A stretch of DNA of 64,000 nt from a virus (IMGVR_UViG_3300042922_001018), one strand, 5' to 3'. Positions 48,769 through 58,003 are shown, counted from the stretch's first letter. A program made the numbers and translations. Notes: generated by a model from the sequence alone, not told the origin.

Positions 48769-49263
48769 TTAGAACGGAGCGGCCCTCGGCGTCTCCTTGT
48801 CCAGCAGAGCGAGCGCGTACTCCAGTGGGGCGCCCGTTTCAGAGAGCAAACGGCCGAGTTTCGGCATCGAATACCCCTCGAACACAAGCGTATGGATTTC
48901 GCGTTCAGTGAGACCGGCTCCTTTCAGAGCAGGCATTGCTCGAACGCTCGCGCAAAGGTCTTCTACGGAGTCACCCCACATCGGCGAGTACGCCGTCCTG
49001 ATGTCCAAGTCGAATCCGGAGTCAGCCCAGGCTCGCATCAGTTGCAGCAGCGGCTCCGGCAGTCGGTCGAGATTCTCGGGCTGGTCCTTGCCCCGCCTCT
49101 TCAGTGCGTCCGCTGCGCTGGGGACGACCGGCGGCAGCATCCGGGCGAGGCGGTCCAGCGCCCACAGGTTCCGGCGGGTTCCACGTGCACGGAGCGTATC
49201 AGGGTCATCTTCACCGAAAGCTGCGGCGTAGACCTTCCAGGCCGGTGTCTCGTTCCTCATCAT
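48769..49263 (-). CDS. PxEY-tail family protein, WxxSG(F/Y)D subfamily
   Basis: RAWADSGFDL; GAPLEYALALL; ATGA overlap start. Confidence 0.8.
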   Translation of the reverse strand: MMRNETPAWKVYAAAFGEDDPDTLRARGTRRNLWALDRLARMLPPVVPSAADALKRRGKDQPENLDRLPEPLLQLMRAWADSGFDLDIRTAYSPMWGDSVEDLCASVRAMPALKGAGLTEREIHTLVFEGYSMPKLGRLLSETGAPLEYALALLDKETPRAAPF

Positions 49264-49736
49264 GCCCACCGCTGCGGAGTCGAAGTTCTGTTCGAATGAC
49301 GCAGGCGGAGTGCGGCTAACTTTCGAAGACTTGTACTATCGGGAATGACTGCCCAGAGATACTCCAACGGCAAGTCAGGTTCGTTCCTGATTGCATGGCC
49401 CAGGGCAGTCGCAGCTTGATACGCGGGACCGTCGTAGGCGAAGAAGCTGAACGTCGAATCCTGAAAACCCATTGCGCGCAGCGTAGGAGCCGCACGCAGA
49501 AGAACCAGGACATCTGCTGGCCCGTCCGCGTATTCGAAGACGGCTTGCCCGGCACCCATCAGCAAAAGCGGGTCATAGCTGCTCTGACGCCATGCATCCA
49601 GGAGAGCGAGAAGCTCGGTGTCTTCGATGAGGCGAGCGGCCGTTTCCGGGTCGTCGCAGTCGTACAGCTCCTCTGCACGGTTGCCGATGTGATAGCTGGC
49701 TGCCGTCACGAACGCGGACAATGGGTGGTCTGACAT
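49260..49736 (-). CDS. PxEY-tail family protein, WxxSG(F/Y)D subfamily, with extended tail
   Basis: Start 49736 (MSDHPLS); DAWRQSSYDPL; DLPLEYLWAV plus ~29 aa extension. Confidence 0.75.
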   Translation of the reverse strand: MSDHPLSAFVTAASYHIGNRAEELYDCDDPETAARLIEDTELLALLDAWRQSSYDPLLLMGAGQAVFEYADGPADVLVLLRAAPTLRAMGFQDSTFSFFAYDGPAYQAATALGHAIRNEPDLPLEYLWAVIPDSTSLRKLAALRLRHSNRTSTPQRWA

Positions 49737-49742
49737 AGCAGT

Positions 49743-49758
49743 TTTCGGCACACCGAAA
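49743..49758. promoter_or_regulatory. Palindromic site TTTCGG-N4-CCGAAA (copy 4)
   Basis: TTTCGG-CACA-CCGAAA, six nt upstream of the 49736 start. Confidence 0.6.
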
Positions 49759-49785
49759 AGCTGGGAGAACGCTGATTTCGAGATG

Positions 49786-50277
49786 TCATGCATCGAACAT
49801 GGCCTCCGCATACTCAATGTCCACACCGTTTGACCACAGACGCAGGATGGTTCGTACCCCGGCGCCGTGCCGTGCGAGCCTTCCCGCGTACCAGCCAGGA
49901 ACCTTCGCCCGGCCCAGCATCTTGAAGCCGTACGACGAGAACCGGTCGGATGCGAAAAGGTCATCGAAGCGTGACCAGGCGTCCAGTTCGAGGGCAGGGT
50001 ACCCTTCCGCAACAACAGCCATGCACAGGTAGGGCCGCAGGCTGAACCAGTCGTCTGTTGCGAACCCGCGGCGCTGCCCTGCCGTGATAATCGGGCGCTG
50101 GCTCTGCTCGTATGGAACAAGCCGAAACCCGAAGGCTTCGAGGTATCGGATAGCGTCGGCGGGCACATCGAACACACGAGCGACCTCATCGTGTTCGTCT
50201 TCCGACACAATCGGCTGAAGGTAGTTCCGTAGACGCAAGCGGCGGAGCTGCTCCAGAGCTTCAGTCGCCTCAGGCAT
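49786..50277 (-). CDS. PxEY-tail family protein
   Basis: GYPALE, KVPGWY, GVDIEYAEAMFDA*. Confidence 0.8.
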   Translation of the reverse strand: MPEATEALEQLRRLRLRNYLQPIVSEDEHDEVARVFDVPADAIRYLEAFGFRLVPYEQSQRPIITAGQRRGFATDDWFSLRPYLCMAVVAEGYPALELDAWSRFDDLFASDRFSSYGFKMLGRAKVPGWYAGRLARHGAGVRTILRLWSNGVDIEYAEAMFDA

Positions 50278-50653
50278 CGACCACCGCCAGGTATTCGGTG
50301 TCGATGCCGATTCTGGCAGTCAGCTCGGCGAGGGTCGCGTCTGGACAGCGTGCCACCAGCCGGTCTGCTTCTTCGCGAGATGCACCGTTGAACTCCAGCG
50401 CACCCGCGAGGAGGAACGGCCGGATGCGGATGTAGTCGTCGGCGCCTTCCCGCTTGGCTACTACTGGCAGGATGATGAGGTAGGTGGGAACCGGTCGCCA
50501 CACGAGACCGAGGAAGCTCCGTTCGGCCAGGTAGGCGAATACTGCGGTGTTCGACCCGTAGGCCTCGAAGAAGGCACCCAGTTCATCGAACCGGATGCTC
50601 TGCTCGATGGTTGCCTTCAGCCGCCAGTATCGGCCCTTCGCGTCATCGTCCAT
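50270..50653 (-). CDS. PxEY-tail family protein
   Basis: GIDTEYLAVVDA*; start moved to 50653. Confidence 0.7.
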   Translation of the reverse strand: MDDDAKGRYWRLKATIEQSIRFDELGAFFEAYGSNTAVFAYLAERSFLGLVWRPVPTYLIILPVVAKREGADDYIRIRPFLLAGALEFNGASREEADRLVARCPDATLAELTARIGIDTEYLAVVDA

Positions 50654-51371
50654 CAGCCGCGTCCAGGTAGTCTTCGGGGACGCCGACGCGGGACAGAAGG
50701 TCGGAGATGCTGAGGAACGAGTACCGCGCGAGCAGCCGGGCCGATTCTTCCAGCGGGACGCCCTGATGCTCCAGAAGCACGGCATTCCGAAGCATCCGTT
50801 CCTGGCTGCCACCGCCGCCGCGACGCTTCCACGCGAGGAGTGCCGGAAGCATTGCGTTCGCGACACGCAACGGAACGAATCCGTCGATGAGCCGGAGCGC
50901 GCGGAGTCGTTCTTTCACGCCGGGGATGGCGGCAACGTCTTCAACGCTCGGCCGGTAGGTGTACAGGCGCGCGAGTGCGTGCATTCGGGTGAGAGGCGCG
51001 TAGGTGTCCGGCGTCAGGAGCGGCATGTACTCTTCGAGACCGAGGAAATGGTAGACGGTGGGGTAGAACGTGTCGAAGGCAGCGCCTAGCTCAGACTTCA
51101 GCTCGCGCTTGTCAAGTTCGTCACGTCGCGGCGGCATGCGGAGCGTCTGGTCAACCTTCTCGTGGTCACGAATCCATACGTCAGCCCAGATGCGGCTCGA
51201 AGACTCCCGGTTCACGACCGAGTGAGTGTCCACATCGGACACCAGGGCCAAGGTCTTCGCAAGAGGCGACGTTTCGAAAACCGGGAAGATGTGGGGAGCT
51301 GCGTGCGCCACGTTCTCCTCGAAGGAGTACGCGTTCACGGGGATGACGGTGAACTCAGTAGCCAGAGTCAT
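50643..51371 (-). CDS. PxEY-tail family protein (paralogue of 41696-42424)
   Basis: FETSPLA, LYTYRPSV, GVPLEE, GVPEDYLDAA; start moved to 51371. Confidence 0.8.
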   Translation of the reverse strand: MTLATEFTVIPVNAYSFEENVAHAAPHIFPVFETSPLAKTLALVSDVDTHSVVNRESSSRIWADVWIRDHEKVDQTLRMPPRRDELDKRELKSELGAAFDTFYPTVYHFLGLEEYMPLLTPDTYAPLTRMHALARLYTYRPSVEDVAAIPGVKERLRALRLIDGFVPLRVANAMLPALLAWKRRGGGGSQERMLRNAVLLEHQGVPLEESARLLARYSFLSISDLLSRVGVPEDYLDAADGR

Positions 51372-51873
51372 CGTCCGCTTTCTTCTCCCCGATGATGCTG
51401 GAGAGGTACTCGATGGCGATGCCGTTCTCGGCACCGTAGATGACCTGCTGCCAAGAGAACCCCATTCGGATGCCTTCGACGATGTACTCCGGCGGGACGC
51501 TCATCTTCATGCACTTCAGAAGGCACGAGGCTTCTACCCGACCTTCCGCGCTATGAGGAGCGTGCATGAGAGCGGACACCGCGGGGTAGTACGCGGGGAA
51601 CTTCTTGTGCCACTTCGTTGCCGCCCAGTGCCCGACCGCGTAGTCGAGGGAGTTGTTGTACCGCTGCTCCTTCGTGAACCACCCGTAGACGACGGACTCG
51701 GTCAGGCCGGTTGCTTCCGCGAGACCCTCGATGATGTCGTCTTCGCCCATCCCGCGGTTCCAGAGAGCGGTCTGCTCCTCGATGCGGAACCTGCGGATGA
51801 AGTCCTGGTAGTGCGGCGTCCGCTTGAACTCACCGGTACGCCCGCCCGGCCAGTAGTCGGAGACGAGGTTCAT
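51355..51873 (-). CDS. PxEY-tail family protein with putative HTH
   Basis: LAEATGLTESVVYGW; SVPPEY, GIAIEYLSSI; TTGACG-17-TAGGCT promoter. Confidence 0.8.
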   Translation of the reverse strand: MNLVSDYWPGGRTGEFKRTPHYQDFIRRFRIEEQTALWNRGMGEDDIIEGLAEATGLTESVVYGWFTKEQRYNNSLDYAVGHWAATKWHKKFPAYYPAVSALMHAPHSAEGRVEASCLLKCMKMSVPPEYIVEGIRMGFSWQQVIYGAENGIAIEYLSSIIGEKKADDDSGY

Positions 51874-51904
51874 ACGCCCAGCCTACCGGTTGAACAGCCT
51901 CGCG

Positions 51905-52630
51905 TCAAGTGGGCTTCAGCATTGCGAGGAGATACTCCGGGTCGATGCCGTCCTTCCACCCGCGTACGACATCCTCACCAGCAAGCCACGGCGCCGTCAC
52001 CGTTGCGTATTCCAGCGGTACCTCGTTCTCCCAGCACTCGACAATCTTGTGATGCCCGCATTGAGCGCCGCCCGGTTGTACGTTCGTCTTCCACAGGGCC
52101 AGTGCATAGTCGAGCGACATCCCGCAGGTCCAGTAGATTTCGACCCACTCCGGCTGGTTGCTCATGTGAGCCAGGATTTGCGTCCAGCTTGCCGGGATAC
52201 CCCTGTTCTGGAACTGCCAGATGATGTCGGTCTTGTAGCTCCAGTTCGCTTCGATGGCGTATTCGGCCGTGATGCCGTATCGGAAGCATCCAGCAATCTG
52301 CGCGGCGCCGCGGATGGGGTTCCGCTTCTCTCGAATCGTCCGGACATACGCCATCGGAATGTTCTCTTTCCGGTAGACGCTGAGAGCGTTGAGAACGTGC
52401 GTGTCGAACGGCGGCTTCATGAAGTCGTCAGCCTGGACCACTTCCAGCCACGACAACAGTTCGCCGGGGTCCATATCGTAGTACCCCGGTATCTCCAGTG
52501 CCGTGTAGTCGCCGGGGTACTTGTCACCGAGGAACGCTTCCAACTCCGCGAGGAACCGTTCCGGGTCGTGCTCGGCGAAGCGCGCTCTCGACCTCGCGGG
52601 GAGCAGTTTCAGGAGGGTAGCGGCTTTCAT
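51905..52630 (-). CDS. PxEY-tail family protein (6 repeats)
   Basis: NIPMAY, GITAEY, GIPASW, GMSLDY, EVPLEY, GIDPEY; start moved to 52630. Confidence 0.85.
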   Translation of the reverse strand: MKAATLLKLLPARSRARFAEHDPERFLAELEAFLGDKYPGDYTALEIPGYYDMDPGELLSWLEVVQADDFMKPPFDTHVLNALSVYRKENIPMAYVRTIREKRNPIRGAAQIAGCFRYGITAEYAIEANWSYKTDIIWQFQNRGIPASWTQILAHMSNQPEWVEIYWTCGMSLDYALALWKTNVQPGGAQCGHHKIVECWENEVPLEYATVTAPWLAGEDVVRGWKDGIDPEYLLAMLKPT

Positions 52631-53148
52631 CAGCTCACGGCCAGAGCGAACTCGGGCGGGAGACCAGCGCGCCATGCTTCGATGGTGTTCTCGACCGTGT
52701 ATCCGGCATCGAGAAGCAGCTTCGCGTACCGGTGCTCTACGCCTTCCCGATGGAGCATGATGAGGACGAACGGGAACTCACTCGGCCGGGTGCCCGGCGT
52801 GACGAACTCGTATGACACTCCGGCGGTTGCGAGCCGGAGGATGTTCCCAGGAATCTCCATCTGACTCGCTCGCACATACTGCGGGAGAACACCCGCGAGA
52901 TACAGGTCGCGGATACCGCGGGCGCCCTCAACAGGGTGAAGGGTACCTTTCCATGCGGAACTCAGCTCTTCGACGTATGTGCGGGGAACTCCGGCAGCCA
53001 GGTACAGCCTGATGGTGCGGATGGTCGTCGGAAGGTCGTCTTCGTACTTCGTCCCGCATGCGATTCGCCACTGGTAGGCATCGAACGGCGGGAGGCCGGT
53101 CTCTTTGGCGATGTGCTGCACGCTGAAGTTATCCAGTAACCCGCTCAC
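52630..53148 (-). CDS. PxEY-tail family protein (5 repeats)
   Basis: GVPRTY, GVLPQY, GVSYEF, GVEHRY, GLPPEFALAVS*. Confidence 0.8.
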   Translation of the reverse strand: MSGLLDNFSVQHIAKETGLPPFDAYQWRIACGTKYEDDLPTTIRTIRLYLAAGVPRTYVEELSSAWKGTLHPVEGARGIRDLYLAGVLPQYVRASQMEIPGNILRLATAGVSYEFVTPGTRPSEFPFVLIMLHREGVEHRYAKLLLDAGYTVENTIEAWRAGLPPEFALAVS

Positions 53149-53624
53149 AGCAGAACCCCGAGGTACTCGTACGGGACGCTCTTGTGGAGCTTGATGGTCT
53201 CCGCCGCACTCAGGCGGTAGGTCACGCACAGGGCAGCGTACCCGGCTTCCACGCCCGCGGCGTAGACCTCAATCGGGTAGACCATCTCGTCAATGTGGAG
53301 CCGGACCCACTGTGGGATGCGACCGCGCTCGATGAGCAACCCGTCATGGAATGCGGTCGCCCACTCGCCGGGGATGCCTGCGTTGTACAGCGCGTCGATG
53401 TCTTCGAAGTTGTATCCCCTAGACCCGGCGCTGTCCTCCCACGGAACCTGAGCTGCGTACTCGGTGGGGACGTTGGTCTTCGCCAGGTACTCTGCGTTCA
53501 GGAGGCGGTAGCTGCTGTGGCGGCGCTGGACACCGTAGCTGTCTGTCTCCTTTCCGAAAACCGCGTCTGCGTAGACCGTGGCTGCCGGGTCGTATTTGGG
53601 GGTCGTTCCCACGATGTTAGACAT
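53145..53624 (-). CDS. PxEY-tail family protein
   Basis: NVPTEY, GIPGEW, GVEAGY, SVPYEYLGVLL*; start moved to 53624. Confidence 0.8.
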   Translation of the reverse strand: MSNIVGTTPKYDPAATVYADAVFGKETDSYGVQRRHSSYRLLNAEYLAKTNVPTEYAAQVPWEDSAGSRGYNFEDIDALYNAGIPGEWATAFHDGLLIERGRIPQWVRLHIDEMVYPIEVYAAGVEAGYAALCVTYRLSAAETIKLHKSVPYEYLGVLL

Positions 53625-54441
53625 GGGAGGCCACCATGAACTCGGAGACGATTCCCTCATCGTGATACCGAAGAACACCCTCGGCGTCGAGACCCGCGTT
53701 GCATCCGGCGAGGGCATAATCCAAGGGGACGCCCTCCCGGTGAAGGAGGTTGACGATACTCGGGTCGGAGGCACCGAACGAGCGGTGGAGCTTGATGGCA
53801 TAGTCGGCGGGGACTCCGTTCTCGCCGAATGAGATGATGTGAGCGGTGTCGAACCCGCGCAGACGCCAGGCGTACTTGCCGGAAACGTTCGCCTTCACGA
53901 GACTCTCCGCTTCGGCTTCGTCCCAGAAACGAGGTTCACTCGCGATGTGGAGGTGTCGAGCCATCTTCGCGGGGACGCCGCGGAGGCGGAAGCGCTCGAC
54001 GACGGAGAACACGGTACTCGCGTCGCTGGCGTTTCCCAGGTACCCGTCGGCCATTGCCGAAAGCGCATAGTCGGCGTCGATGAGCGTGAACGCACGGAAG
54101 ACGCGACGCGCTTCATCGGTCGTGAGATGGAAGCCAGCGTAGCGGTACGCGCGCACCAGCCGGATGAACATGGCAACGCGCGGAACCATCGACTTTCGCT
54201 CGGCGAGCATGTAGTCCCCGAGAAGCCGGTTGGAGAGGGCAAGGATGAAGGCGAAATCCATCAAGTCTCCGTAGCGGCCCTCTTCGAGCGCACGATGGTC
54301 GGCGCCGATGATGCCGAAGAACCCGGTGAACTCCTCCCAGGTTTGGAACATCACGCGTGCGGCGCTTGCCGAGCTACTCGTGGGGGACACTTCCCACGCC
54401 AACAGCGTATCGCTGATGCCGGGTGAGATGTGCATGTCCAT
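53617..54441 (-). CDS. PxEY-tail family protein, HxD N-module subfamily (divergent)
   Basis: LLAW...AARVMFQTWEEF; GVPADY, GVPLDY, GIVSEF; TTGCGC-17-TACCAT. Confidence 0.8.
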   Translation of the reverse strand: MDMHISPGISDTLLAWEVSPTSSSASAARVMFQTWEEFTGFFGIIGADHRALEEGRYGDLMDFAFILALSNRLLGDYMLAERKSMVPRVAMFIRLVRAYRYAGFHLTTDEARRVFRAFTLIDADYALSAMADGYLGNASDASTVFSVVERFRLRGVPAKMARHLHIASEPRFWDEAEAESLVKANVSGKYAWRLRGFDTAHIISFGENGVPADYAIKLHRSFGASDPSIVNLLHREGVPLDYALAGCNAGLDAEGVLRYHDEGIVSEFMVASHV

Positions 54442-54478
54442 GCGACCATGGTACAGGCTTGCGGCTTCCGGCGCAAGC

Positions 54479-55183
54479 TCAGAGCGTCGCGGCGTATTCC
54501 ACAGGGATACCTTCGCGCCAGAACCGCACAGTCTCCTCGGGGGAGATACCGGCCGAGAGGTATCCGTGCGCCTCTTCCGCCGGGATGCCTTCAGCGGCTA
54601 GGTACTTCATCCCCTTGCCATCGGCAACTCCGCACAACACCATGAACATCTGCGCCGGTACACCATCAGTGTGCGCATGGACGATGTTGAAAAGGTTGTT
54701 CTGGATGAAGTTCTGGAGAAGTGTGCTGTCATCCTCCTGCAACTGAGGAAGGTCCAGCGCATGAAGATACTCGGTGGGGAGATGTCGTGCGAGACGCGAG
54801 ATTTCTCGGACCTCATCAGCGAAGAGAGTGCCCGCTTCGAACTGCGCGAATGCTTCTTCGGCTCGGTCCTTCAGCACGAGATACTCTCGATACGCTCCGG
54901 CGAGCGCAACGCGTTCGTGACGGTCTTCTTTCCGATGGGCGAGGGTCAGCCTGAAGAAACTGGCGAGGCTCGCGCGGAACCAAGGGTTCGAGCTGAGGGT
55001 GGCGGACGCCATCGTCACGAGGGTGTTCAGAGCTTCGCGCTCCTCGGAAGGCGTAATGCCCGCCTGCTCGAAGAACGTGTTCAGTGCGCGCGCATTCGGG
55101 AACGTGCTGAGGCCCGCTTTCATCAGCAGCCCGTTCGCGTCGGTGCCTTCGATGATGCCGTTGAGGCGCCGCTTCAGCGTCAT
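54479..55183 (-). CDS. PxEY-tail family protein
   Basis: GVPAQM, GIPAEE, GIPVEYAATL*. Confidence 0.8.
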   Translation of the reverse strand: MTLKRRLNGIIEGTDANGLLMKAGLSTFPNARALNTFFEQAGITPSEEREALNTLVTMASATLSSNPWFRASLASFFRLTLAHRKEDRHERVALAGAYREYLVLKDRAEEAFAQFEAGTLFADEVREISRLARHLPTEYLHALDLPQLQEDDSTLLQNFIQNNLFNIVHAHTDGVPAQMFMVLCGVADGKGMKYLAAEGIPAEEAHGYLSAGISPEETVRFWREGIPVEYAATL

Positions 55184-55971
55184 CGCGCGGCCCCCGAAAC
55201 TGGGAGCGCGTACTCTAGCGGGATGCCGCTGTGGTGAAGGCGAATGGTCGCGCTCGGGTCAATACCCGCTTCCTTACACCCAAGCGCGAAGGCGGAGGGC
55301 ACCTCGTGGATGTTCCAGAGGATATTGAAGACATCGCTCTCTGTCCAGAACCCGCTGATGTACTCAGCAGGGACGCCCTCGTCGAAGAGTGTCCTGATGT
55401 AGCTGCCGTTCCATCTCAGGTAGCTGACATCTCGATGGTCCTGGTCCTCCAGCAGGGACGCGATGTAGTCGGTGGGGATGTCGCTCTGGTACAGTCCCGC
55501 CCGGTAACTGTAGATTTCCAACGTCAGAAAGTGGTTTGGCTTGAATATTGCCATCATGTCGGCATACGGGATGTCGTAGAAGTACCGAACGAACCGCCGC
55601 GCGTCTTCCGCGGAATGGTCTTCGCGGAAGACATGCTCGATGAGGTCTCCTTGTGCGTAGTCGCATGACCACCCGTGGATGAGGAACGCAGCGGATTCCA
55701 GGTTCCACCGCTCGGCACGGAGGTATTCGAGAGCTTCCAGCGTCTTGACGGCGTCGAAGCTTACGGGACCGAACAGCTTCACATCCACGATGTACCGGTG
55801 CACATTGATGGGGATGCTGCCCGGAAGCATCATCTGGAAGAACGCTTGCATCTCCTCCAACGTGCCGAACAGGCGACGGGCTGCGGAAGTCGCCGGAGTC
55901 TTTCGGTCCTGGCCCCAGGCGCGGAGACACGCGTCAATACCACGGTCACGGTGGAGACGCCTGCGGAACAT
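55180..55971 (-). CDS. PxEY-tail family protein, HxD N-module subfamily
   Basis: HRDRGIDACLRAW...LFGTLEEM; DIPTDY, GVPAEY, GIPLEY; TTGACA-18-TACCCT. Confidence 0.85.
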   Translation of the reverse strand: MFRRRLHRDRGIDACLRAWGQDRKTPATSAARRLFGTLEEMQAFFQMMLPGSIPINVHRYIVDVKLFGPVSFDAVKTLEALEYLRAERWNLESAAFLIHGWSCDYAQGDLIEHVFREDHSAEDARRFVRYFYDIPYADMMAIFKPNHFLTLEIYSYRAGLYQSDIPTDYIASLLEDQDHRDVSYLRWNGSYIRTLFDEGVPAEYISGFWTESDVFNILWNIHEVPSAFALGCKEAGIDPSATIRLHHSGIPLEYALPVSGAAR

Positions 55972-56003
55972 GGGTTCAGGGTATCAGCGAGGACCGGGCC
56001 GTG

Positions 56004-56444
56004 TCAAACGGCGAGCGCGTATTCGACGGGTATACCTTCGTCGAGCGCAGTGGCTATGCCGGTGAACGTCCGGCCGTTGCGGATAAGGTCCACGAGCGAG
56101 GCGTTGTCGAACCCAGCAGCCTTCAGGCGGGGTACTGCTTCCAGCTCGCGAAGCCTCTGTCCGGTGTTGCCGAACCCTTCGAAGAGCGTCCCTGCGTCAC
56201 CGAAGATGATGTCCGCGTACCCGGTTGCTTTCCACGCGTCCGCGAAGGCCGCAATCGCTGGCGGCAGTTCACGTTCACCATAGTACGAAATGACCATCAG
56301 CCTCATCAGGTCCATCGGACGGACGAACATTCCGATGGCCGAGTAGAACACGGTGAACGAGATGTGGTCGATGAGGCTCAGCGGGACTCCGAGGCGGTAG
56401 GCGATGTTCGCCTTCTCCTGCTCATCGTCGTCGCCTTCATTCAC
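56004..56444 (-). CDS. PxEY-tail family protein, WxxSG(F/Y)D subfamily
   Basis: DAWKATGYADI; GIPVEYALAV*. Confidence 0.8.
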   Translation of the reverse strand: MNEGDDDEQEKANIAYRLGVPLSLIDHISFTVFYSAIGMFVRPMDLMRLMVISYYGERELPPAIAAFADAWKATGYADIIFGDAGTLFEGFGNTGQRLRELEAVPRLKAAGFDNASLVDLIRNGRTFTGIATALDEGIPVEYALAV

Positions 56445-56461
56445 AGCAACATCCTATCGGT

Positions 56462-56971
56462 TCATCGCTTCGCCGTCAAGTCGAGAGCGGCGATGATGTA
56501 TTCGGGGTCGATGCCGTCGCGGGTCATCTGCCCGACCCGGATGATTGTGTCTGCGTCTTCGGGCATTCCAACGCCCAGCCGCGAGATGAGGGCGTAGCCT
56601 CGGTACGCTTCTTCCGCTTCTTCCGGCTCTGCTTCTCGCAGCCGGGCGGAGACCAGGGTGTTCGCCCACGCCTTCTTCAGGATGACCTCGTCCATGTCCA
56701 GTGTCCGCCAGAACGCGCCGAAGGCTTTCGCACCGGGCGTCGGAGCGTTCCCGTTCTCGCGGATTGTCCGGGCTTCGTGGTCGTCTATCCACGGGCGACT
56801 GGCTGCGATGAGCTGGTCGCGAGTGTAGGAGTATCGCGCGACTTCGTTCGGCTCGATGTCGTAGTACGCCAGCGCGCGGTCGAGCCGGGCCTGGTCCATG
56901 AGTATGGGCTTCATCACCTCGATGAGTGCGCGCCCGGCATCTCCTAGACTGTTGGCAGACCAGTCACTCAT
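56462..56971 (-). CDS. PxEY-tail family protein, FGxFW subfamily
   Basis: AKAFGAFWRTL; GIDPEYIIAAL; start moved to 56971. Confidence 0.75.
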   Translation of the reverse strand: MSDWSANSLGDAGRALIEVMKPILMDQARLDRALAYYDIEPNEVARYSYTRDQLIAASRPWIDDHEARTIRENGNAPTPGAKAFGAFWRTLDMDEVILKKAWANTLVSARLREAEPEEAEEAYRGYALISRLGVGMPEDADTIIRVGQMTRDGIDPEYIIAALDLTAKR

Positions 56972-57530
56972 GGAAGTCCTCGTCAATCAGTTCCAGATAG
57001 TCCGGCGACATGCCGGACCGGATGAGAGCGAGATACTCTTCTCCTCGGCCTAGGGCCGCTACCCGCCCAGCGACGCGCGGACGGACACCGAGTTCGTGCA
57101 GTTCCTTCCCCTGCCGCAGCCGAGGCTTCCACACGGATACGTCATACGAGGTCGGCTCCCACCCATCCGGCCCGTACTGATGCTGGTCCCATGTGCCGCT
57201 GAAGCGAGCTGCCCCTGCGATAGTCGCCGATAGGGCGATGCTTCTCCAGAATATGCCGAAGGAGAGCGAAGCATGTGACGGCGCGACCTCTTGCCCGTTG
57301 TAGCAGGCGGTTGCCACTTCAACGGCTTCCCCGGCGCCGGTCCACATCGAGCTGACAAGCATGACGCTGTTCACGAACGATGCACCGGTCCACCCGGAGG
57401 AGTCTATCTCTGAATCGCGGATGCCGTAGTGCCGAAGAACCGCCGCGTTGCTATCGTCGTTCAGGATGTAAGACTGAGGGTCCGTGGCATCCCAGAGTAT
57501 GCCGATGAGTTCCCGTAGCAGGGTGTGCAT
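56964..57530 (-). CDS. PxEY-tail family protein, FGxFW subfamily
   Basis: SLSFGIFWRSI; GMSPDYLELI. Confidence 0.75.
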   Translation of the reverse strand: MHTLLRELIGILWDATDPQSYILNDDSNAAVLRHYGIRDSEIDSSGWTGASFVNSVMLVSSMWTGAGEAVEVATACYNGQEVAPSHASLSFGIFWRSIALSATIAGAARFSGTWDQHQYGPDGWEPTSYDVSVWKPRLRQGKELHELGVRPRVAGRVAALGRGEEYLALIRSGMSPDYLELIDEDFHE

Positions 57531-58003
57531 CAGCCGAGCGCTCCGGCCAGCTCAGGGTCAATACCGCGGTGGATGGCGTGCATGGCCCAGAATCCGCCTT
57601 CGTTCCAGGACACGCAGATTTGCGAAGTGGTGTACTGCCCTGATGTGTACAGCTCATACGCGGCGGGGATGGCTTCGGTGAGCGGCTCGATGGGCTGATA
57701 GGTCTGGTCCCACTTCCCCATTGTCCATCGGATGTCGTAGAAGAAGTCGGCTGCCGCCCAGGCGTCGATGAATGCGCGGACCTCGGCGGTCGTGTAGAGG
57801 TAGTCTCCGACGTGCTTCTCTGCCATCTGGCTTGCGCGTACCGGCGCGTATGCGCAAGCCGTCCGACCGTTGAGCACATCGGCCATGCCCACGTAGAGGT
57901 CTAGACCGTCGGTGCGGCCGTAACGAGCGTGCAGACTCCGGATTGTTTCTGCGCGCTGGGCATCTTCACCGTAGACACGGTCGAACACATCCGGGCGCTC
58001 CAT
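57530..58003 (-). CDS. PxEY-tail family protein (EL variant)
   Basis: AIPAAY...GIDPELAGALG*; start moved to 58003. Confidence 0.7.
   Translation of the reverse strand: MERPDVFDRVYGEDAQRAETIRSLHARYGRTDGLDLYVGMADVLNGRTACAYAPVRASQMAEKHVGDYLYTTAEVRAFIDAWAAADFFYDIRWTMGKWDQTYQPIEPLTEAIPAAYELYTSGQYTTSQICVSWNEGGFWAMHAIHRGIDPELAGALG

Noticed and set aside
48295-48911. Short ORFs inside the non-coding control region
   Set aside because: No promoter/start geometry, atypical codons, and they cross palindromes and repeats.
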